64,000 nucleotides of DNA, taken from the NCBI GenBank assembly GCA_964106645.2, contig OZ067038.1; one strand, 5' to 3'. This document shows positions 54,301 through 63,300 of this stretch, one piece after another; position 1 is the stretch's first letter; the number at the start of each line of letters is the position of its first letter. Below the pieces are notes generated by a model that worked only from the letters and a program-made list of their open reading frames with translations, did not search any database and was not told where the DNA came from. Origin of the DNA: Podarcis pityusensis (lineage: Eukaryota). A program made the translations under genes and the position numbers.

Positions 54301-57300
54301 AAAGATGTCAAGTCCCGCAGGGCCCTGGTCTCTTGTGACAGAGTGTTCCACCAGATCGGAGCCACAGCTGAAAAGGTCCTGGCTCTAGTTGAGGCCAGCC
54401 TAACCTCTCTGTGGCCCGGGACCTCCAAGATGCTTTTGTGGGCGGAGGGAGGGGAAGATAATCCTGCCTCAGGAAATAGCTACGTGAAGGATAAGGTATA
54501 GTAACAAACAAGAAATGTCAGGGGCAGGGTTAGTGTTAATAAGCATCATTCTTTCCCAAATATGGGGACACAAGGTGGGGACATTAATGCCAGAAAGTGG
54601 AGCCTCCTTGTTGAAGAAATTATCATGGTTCTAGACTGCAATCCTATGTACATTTACATAAGAGTAAGTTTTATTGATCTCAGTGGGAATTATTTCCGAA
54701 TATACACTTATAAGATTGCGCAGATAACAGGTCTTTTGTATACTTGACAATATTTTGACATGAATTTGCTTTGACTTGCTTTCTATTTTGCTAGATGCCT
54801 TGTTTTGTTATACTGACATGCATTTTGCTATTTTGTGCTAGTTGTGTTGCTTTCTGCTTTGCTTTTAGCCACTTTGGGCTTCCTTTGGGAACATAAAAAA
54901 TATAAACATAAATGAAATGCAAACAAAAGAAGGCCAATTTAAGAAGGTGGTGGACTCTCCTTCCTTGGAGGCTTTTAAGCAGAGGTTGGATGGCCATCTG
55001 TCATGGAAGCTTTAGCTGAGATTCCTGCATTGAAGGGGGTTGGATTAGATGACCCTTGAGTCCATTCCAACTCTAGGATTCTATGAAAATCTCTGCGATT
55101 GATACTTTTAACTAGTTGTTATTACCTCACTTAAAATGTCCTGAGCGTGTTTGACGTGATTGACAGAGACAGAGTCATTTGGCATCCAGCCAATTCCACG
55201 CAGCCATTCCAAGTCGGATTTATAAACAGCCTGCAGAGTCAGGGGAAAACAAGAACAGTTATTTGCAGCACTTTTTTCCCTGCATGGAGTGTTTCATACC
55301 AAACTTGATTGCTTTTAACTGAAAGGGAAAAGAGGGCTTGTTTTCCAATGGCCTACAAAAAGAATGGGATAATAGAAAACTGAAAGAAGGAACTATTCAG
55401 GCACAGAATATACCAGGAACAAATATTTCACTCCCCACTTTGATTATGCTGTGCCTACCACCATCTTGCCTTCTGCAAGGTGGTGCTATATCCTATGTTT
55501 GCTCGACATATTCAAATCAGGTAATACAATCATGAAAAGAATGAGAGCTCAAATCTATACATAATGGAAAGCAATTATGTGCAATTATATGCATGTGCAT
55601 AATTGAGGCCTCAATGTCCTGTGTGCTTTCTTAAAGACATCTGATGATTGTCCAAACATTACTGAATTTCTATATTAAAAAAATCACATATAGTATGGAT
55701 CTTACCTGTTCACACAAGTATTCTAAATATTTATTATTTTTTATGAAAAGGAATGTAATAATTGTGGAGACAAAATATCAAACACTTATCATTGTAGAGG
55801 CAAATGAGAGACGAAAGAGGGCGATAGACAAGAAGCTATCAAGAAAGAGGAATTTCAACAACAACCAAAGCACTCACGTCACTCTGTAATTCATACGCTT
55901 TCCTGGCCTGGATGACATCATTCTGGTCAGGGAGACACGTCCATTCATGCAGGTAGCGGCGGTAATCAATGTCACTAACAAGCTTCTGACAGTTCTTGGC
56001 CAGCAAGACGGACAGCATGTCAACAGGGCTGTGGATCTTCGTCTTCAATTGATTATATACTTTCTTGTACTCCCGCTCACTTTGCATTTTAGCGACGTGC
56101 ATAGCCAGTACCATCTTGGGATCGTCGTTAACGTCTCGGCATCCCACATGGTGTCCAAGTTGCTTACGGTAGCCTTCCTTGTATTTGTACTAATAGGATT
56201 TGAAAAAATACATATACAATTAGAATCTTCATCTTCGTTATCTCAGAGTGTAGAAAGATTGATAACATTGGCAAGAGTTTTCCATTTAACTCCGTTCCTA
56301 AGATGCTAAACAAAGGCTGCATTCATGCTCACATTTACTTGCAATCCAACTATTGAGCAAATCACATATTTTTGAATTCTGCACATCACCTATCCTTTAC
56401 CTGACCTTTTTTTGACCAATGGCAGAGCTTAATATTTCATCAGGATAGTTGACAATTTATTTGGAGCACGTGAATAGCCTTCGCCAAGATGGCACCCTTC
56501 ACATGTTTCGGACAACAACTTCTATCAGTCATGTTGGATGAGGCTGATGGATGTTTTAGTTCAAAACATCTGGAGGGCACTATGTTAGTGAAAGCTGGCC
56601 CATAATGTCCTTATATCTTGCCTTGAACTGAGAACTTTAATATATATTTTCTTTCCTGCATTTTAATTCCATTAGATACAAAAGTCTAGAGACAATGGAT
56701 TACCAAACACTATCAAATTCGATTTGCATACTTACATCACTGGCAATTTCTCTTGAGGCTTTGGCTGTTTTGATTGGGACTGCATCTGCTCTCAGGTCAA
56801 TATATTTCTTCATGTCATCCCAAGATTCCCTATAAAGTTTCTACAATAAAAAAACCAACAACATTATATTGTCATTATCCTTTTTCAGCACTTACATATA
56901 TGAAAGCTCACTGTCAATCAGCTTTTACTTTTTCCTAATCACTCCTGTTTTTTCAGGTAAGAGTTACAGATTATCTCCATATAAAATCATGTAAGGAAAA
57001 GTATTTAAACTGCATGTAAGTAATTGTGGATAACAAGTGCTAACATCTGTTTTGTGGCATCTCCACAAGCACAATAGATTGCCAGTTTGCACCTATGCAG
57101 GTGCAATAACCCACATAGAATTTACATGGGTGCTTGCTGCATAATGAACTTGTAACATCCAAAGCCCCCTTCATCTGAGTAACTGAAGAAGGTTGTAGAG
57201 TTGTATCATAAGAAGAATGTTAGTGATTTACTTACATGGCTCACATTGATAGCATTAGCCCTGGAAAGCACGATTTCTGGTGTGTCTGGCATCACATGGA

Positions 57301-60300
57301 TCATAACTTTATCTTTATCCCAAGCTTCTCTGTACTTTGCCTGAAAAAAACATCGAAATTATCTTGTAATTTCTTTTGCACCAGTGCTCATATTCCTACA
57401 TAATTTCTCTTTAACTGTAGGAACATGAATAACTTTTCTTTTAATACAAATAGATGCTCCATGCTACAAACTGATAGGGAGGTTTGTAGCATACTTAAAA
57501 TAATGTCACATTACTCAAAGGAGATACATACAAGACTCAGTTGCTCAGCGTTAGTTTTGGCAAGGACAACTTCAGGTGTGTCGACGATGTTGGTAAATTT
57601 CAAACGATCCCGAGGAGTGCGATAAACGTTGTCACTCAGAATTTCCTGGGCAAATTTCACCCTCTTCACTATTGGAGACTCATGTGGGATCCATCCAACC
57701 CCCCGGAGCCATTCCAGATCTGATTTATACACAGCCTATGAGAGAAAATTTCAGGGAGGGAGAGCAAGATATTTCAGTTCAATTCAAAAGAAATACTCTA
57801 TGTGGTAAATAGAATGAATGGAACTTCAGAAAGTCAGGACAAACTTGTCTCAGTTACTTCATCAGGATCTAAGCAGTACTATCTCTCTGGACTAGGCCAC
57901 AATGTTTCTTTGACCTCCAGTCATATTTCACACCAGCATTTATAGCTTCGATCAGCACTATGCTGGCTGGGGAGTTGGGGACCAAAACATCTGGAGAGTT
58001 CCAGACTTGTGTAGATTGGGCTAGATAGAGTGGGCAGAAAGATCATCAAATCCATACATATGATGGATTCGGTTATGGATTCATTAGCTATTTTTAGATA
58101 TGCCATGTCTATCACGTCACTCTTGTCTGCATGATGTGTTGGACATTCTGAATTAAAAATCTTTCAGTTCTTCCTCCCAAGGTACTCATGATGAAATCAA
58201 GTGAAGATTAAATTACATGAAAATGTGACAAGGCCAGTTTTCATTAACACAACAAAGTAAAAATTAAGAAAAGGAAATCTTCCACAACTATCTATCACGA
58301 TGTCTCTTTTGCCTTCTGTCCTAGCAGTAATGTGTGTTTGCAAAGGACAGATATATCGCTTTGCAGAGGACAGATATACTTACATCACTCTGTAGTTCGT
58401 AGGCCTTCCTTGCCTGGATCACATCATTCTGGTCGGGCAGACAGGACCACTGGTGCAGATGTTGACGATAGTCCACCTCACTTACTAAAGACTGGCATAG
58501 CTTGGCTGCTTGGACAGACAGCATGTCCACAGGTATAGTAATATTGGCTTTGGATTTGTTGTAAGCTTGCTTATACAACCGGTCATTCTGCATCTTCAAT
58601 ACTTTGGCAGCAAATGAAAGTTTAGGGTCCTCCTTCACTGAAGGGCATCCAATGTAGTGGCCTTTCTGTTTCTCATGAGCTTCTTTGTACTTGTACTGAG
58701 CAGGAAAGAGAATTGGAAGTTACAGTTATTTGAACAATTTCCAGGAGATAAGTTAGAAATTCTTGATGCTTCAGTTTTTAAGGGATTTAGCTATGGAATA
58801 ATGAGAGGGTAAATAAAACATAGTAAGGCTCCCTAAGTCTGTCTTTATGAAATATTTACCTGGATTTGTTATTAGGGATGAGAGGGAAATGCGGTTCATT
58901 TTGCATTTAAAGTCACACTTCCATAATTCACACTTTATGAATACTGTATACAGACATGTATACGTATTAGGAAAAATTCACATGAAAATCCTAATGAATT
59001 TTTATTAGAACTACAAAAAAAACAAAAACAAGTCAATGTGGAAATGTGGAGAATTGATAGTTTTGCCACCCCAATTGCATACATCCTAAGCCTAAGTAAA
59101 AAGATCTATTTTTTTCAAATAACTGAATAATATATATGTGGTTGCAAATTTTACAAAGTCACAATGTCTTTTGAAAAGCACAGCCCACTTTGTGTAATAG
59201 TGAAAAGCTACTGATGAAATTTGGCTATCCAAATAAATAGTTCAGAAATGGCAATCATATGCATTTTTACTTGGAACAAAGCCCAGTTGGGCATGGTGGA
59301 ATTTACCTATCGGAGTAAAAATGCATAGGATGGTGTGCTCAGGGTGCTAAACTTGATTTGGAAACTATGCAAGATTATTTTATTATTATTATTTAATTAA
59401 TTTATATACCACCCTATACCCAGAGGTCTCTGACATTCCACAACTTAAGAGAAAACTTTAAAGTGGTTGTAAAGAAAGGGGAAGGGGGGGGGGAAGAAAC
59501 ACTTGGGTGTCTTTAACAACAGGAAGCAACAGATTTAATTATTGTAAAGTCTTTACAGTGCCAAGTATCTCCAAATTTATCACAGTTAGCTCTTTGGCAT
59601 TTAAAATAATGGACTATATTAAACTTTCTGATTGTTTGAAAGAAGACACTTTCATAAATTGTAAAAGAATGGAAAGAATGATGTCATGGACATGCAGTAG
59701 AGGAACTTGTGTAAGGCTGGATAAATACGGTTTTGAGGCTGAATTATCAATTGTTCATATACTTTGACATGTGCACTCATCATATGAAAAGATATAGCCA
59801 TTTGAGAAGTAAATGTTAAATAAAAGAGATTGTACCTCACTGGCAATTTCTCTGGAGGCTTTGGCATGCTTGACTGAAATAGCATCACCTCTTATGTCAT
59901 ATCCTTTTGCTTTGGCCTCGTCCCAGGCTCCAGTGTAATGTTTCTGCAATCAGAATAAAATTCACAGTTTTCAATGTAATAAAATACATGATGAAAACCA
60001 ACTATAGACATTCCTCAACCAACACTGCGATCCAATGCCAGTTTACTTAGAAGTAAATTCAACTGTGCTCAATGGGCCTTACTCCGAAGTAAATATGGAA
60101 TGCATAGGACTGCAGCCAAAAGAGTAAAAATGTGAATATACAAACACTGCATAAATATAGCTTATACAGATATATTTGTTTGCATGCATGCATACGTCTT
60201 ATATAACTGACGCCGACAATTTATTGGGGTCTAGATAAGAAACAGAATGATTGTGGGGAAGTACAATTTAGTAATAATAAAGCTTGATAGGCAGAAGATA

Positions 60301-63300
60301 TTGAAGAGAGACTGACATTATCCAAATCACAAAATCATCAAAGCGTGTAACAATGAAACACTCTGACAACGTTGGGATTTGGAACAAGTCAGTCTCTTTT
60401 TAATATCTTCTGTCCATGAAGTTCAGTTAATTCTCTTTATTACGTCTGAATAAAAACTCACAAGTAAGAGCCAAATGCCTTCTTGTTTTTAAGAACAGTT
60501 AATGATGGGAAGTTGCATTTGACACAGTTGAATAGGTACAGATGCATCACTACACACATTCCACTCATGGGTATATAGTTAGTTAATTCTCTTACATTGC
60601 TGATATTCAGAGCATTAATCTTGGACTGCAGCATCCCAGGGGTGTCTGAAGGAAGATGGAACTGAGTCTTCTCTTTATCCCAGGCTTCACGATACAGATT
60701 CTAAGAAGGAAGTGAAGGCATAAATGATTGCACTGCATTACAAAAACCTCTTATTTTTCAAAGGTATGCAACTATAACTCACGCGTTCCCAATACCAATT
60801 TGTCAACATAATGAATACAATAACTGGGTAATTCCCAAGCTTACCTCACTGACTTGTTGGGCATTGATCTTAGCCAGGACAACGGGTGGTGGGTCAGCAA
60901 TACTTGTAAATTTCAGTGCATCTGGACGTTGCTTATACAATCTGTCATTCAGGATATCTTGGGCGTGCTTCACTTTGAGCACTTCCACAGAGCCCTCTGG
61001 CATCCAGCCAATACCACGCAGCCATTCTAGGTCTTGTTTGTAGACGTTCTGCAAAGGAAACAATTGGGCTATTAACATTATGGCTGAAAATCTTTCTTCC
61101 AATTTATTAAGAAGGCTGTTGCTGCGGCTCGGCCCGTCATAATACAGAACTGCTCAGCTTCCATGGCTGGCCAATCACAAGAAGTGCATACCACTAATGT
61201 GGGTATTAATAAACAGCCCTCTTTTTATCCCCTTTCAAGCTGTATATGGCAGAACAGCAACAGTACTGGCCATGAGTTATACAGATTCTAGTAAAGAACT
61301 CCAACTCAGGCAATCCAGTCAAGGAAAAATAGGCTGCTTAATGCAGCTTAAATGAATTCTTTTCACACCTAAAATTCTCTGGAATAGAAAGTAAAAGACC
61401 AATGGAAATGGACACCTCTAGAAGTGTTTAGTTCTATGCAGCTGCCACAAATTCAGGTTTTGGTGCCTTACTTCTTCAGATCATGGTAGAGTGAATTAGC
61501 CTTGTATGCATGGATACATGTGTTGAATTGAGGTCTCAATGCCCCCTTGTGTTCTTTCTTAAAGAAGTATGATGATTGTCCAAACAATACCAAATTTATA
61601 TGTTAAAAAATTCACATGTACTATGACTCTTAATATGTGACACGTGTTCACAGAAGTAAAACATTTATTACTTTTTAATGAAAATATATGTAAAAATTGT
61701 GGAGACAAAATATAATTGTAGAGCCAACAGTAATAATCCACCAAATGTCATGACAGAGGAAAGAGAGTGATAGACAAGAAGCCATCATAAAAGAGATATT
61801 GCACCAATAACAAAATCACTCACATCGCTCTGTAACTCATAGGCTTTCCTGGCTTGGATGACATCATTCTGGTCAGGCAGGCAGGTCCATTCATGCAAGT
61901 AGTGGCGGTAATCAATGTCACTAACAAGCTTCTGACAGTTCTTGGCCAGCAAGACGGACAGCATGTCAACAGGACTGTGGATCTTCGTCTTCAATTGATG
62001 ATATACTTTCTTGTACTCCCGCTCACTCTGCATTTTAGCTACGTGCATAGCCAATACCAACTTGGGATCGTCGTTAATGTCTCGGCATCCCACATGGTGT
62101 CCAAGTTGCTTACGGTAGCCTTCCTTGTATTTGTACTGATGGGATTTGAAAAAATACATATACAATTAGAATCTTCACCAAAGGTATCTCAGATTCAGAG
62201 CTTTTTTTCAGCTGCAACTCACTTCTGGCACTTCTGAGGTGGGTGCCATTATATTGGTAATGTAAATATTCAGCACATGCATAGATCTTTGAATTTCACA
62301 CATCCTTCATCTGACATTTTTTTGACCAACAAGATCAAAGCTTTGGTCCTGAGAGATTAATATTCTACTTCAGAAACCTTCATCAGGATGCTGGACATTT
62401 TACTTGGAGCATATTTAAAGCAAACAGCAGCCTTCGCCAAGATGGCACCCTTCACATGTTTTGGACAACAACGTCCATCAGTCATGCTGGATGAGGCTAA
62501 TGGATGTTTTAGTTCAAAACATCTGGAGGGCACTATGTTAGTGAAAGCTGGCCCATAATGTCTCTATATCTTGCCTTGAAAATAAAACTTTAATATATTT
62601 TCTGTTTCCTGCATTTTAATTCCATTAGATACAAAAGTCCAGAGACAATGGATTTCCAAACACTATCAAATTCTATTTGCATACTTACATCACTGGCAAT
62701 TTCTCTTGAGGCTCTGGCTGTTTTGATTGGGACTGCATCTGCTCTCAGGTCAATATTTTTCTTCATGTCATCCCATGATTCCCTATAAAGTTTCTACAAT
62801 AAAAAACCAACAACATTATATTGTCATTAACCTCTTTCAGCACTTATATATTTATGAAAGCTCACTGTTCATCAGCTTTTACTTTTTTCTAACCACTCCT
62901 GTTTTTTGCAGGTAAGAGATGCCTTAAACATTACAGATTATCTACATATAAAACTATGTAAGGAAAAGTATTTAAAGTGCATGTAAGTAATTATGGATAA
63001 CAAGTGCTAACACATCTGTTTTGTGGAATCTCCACAAACACAATAGATTGCCAGTTTGCATACAAACAGCTAAATAAATTCCTTCCAGTAGCACCTTAGA
63101 GACCAACTAAATTTGACATTGGTATGAGCTTTTGTGTGTATGCACACTTCTTCAGATATGGAGTGTGCATGCACACGAAAGCTCATACCAATGTTAAACT
63201 TAGTTGGTCTCTAAGGTGCTACTGGAAGGACTTTTTAAATTTTGTTTCGACTATGGCAGACCAACACAGTTACCTACCTGTAACTAGCTAAATAAATGCA

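Larger units (their letters stand above)
55590..57910. repeat. Intragenic segmental duplication, copy A (paralogous to ~61515-64000)
   Basis: Four exons and their introns align by eye at an offset of ~5.9-6.1 kb. Confidence 0.93.

Noticed and set aside
51637-62237. Plus-strand ORFs antisense to the large exons (e.g. 52532, 55947, 61854)
   Set aside because: Shadow ORFs of NEB coding sequence; their repetition follows the duplication
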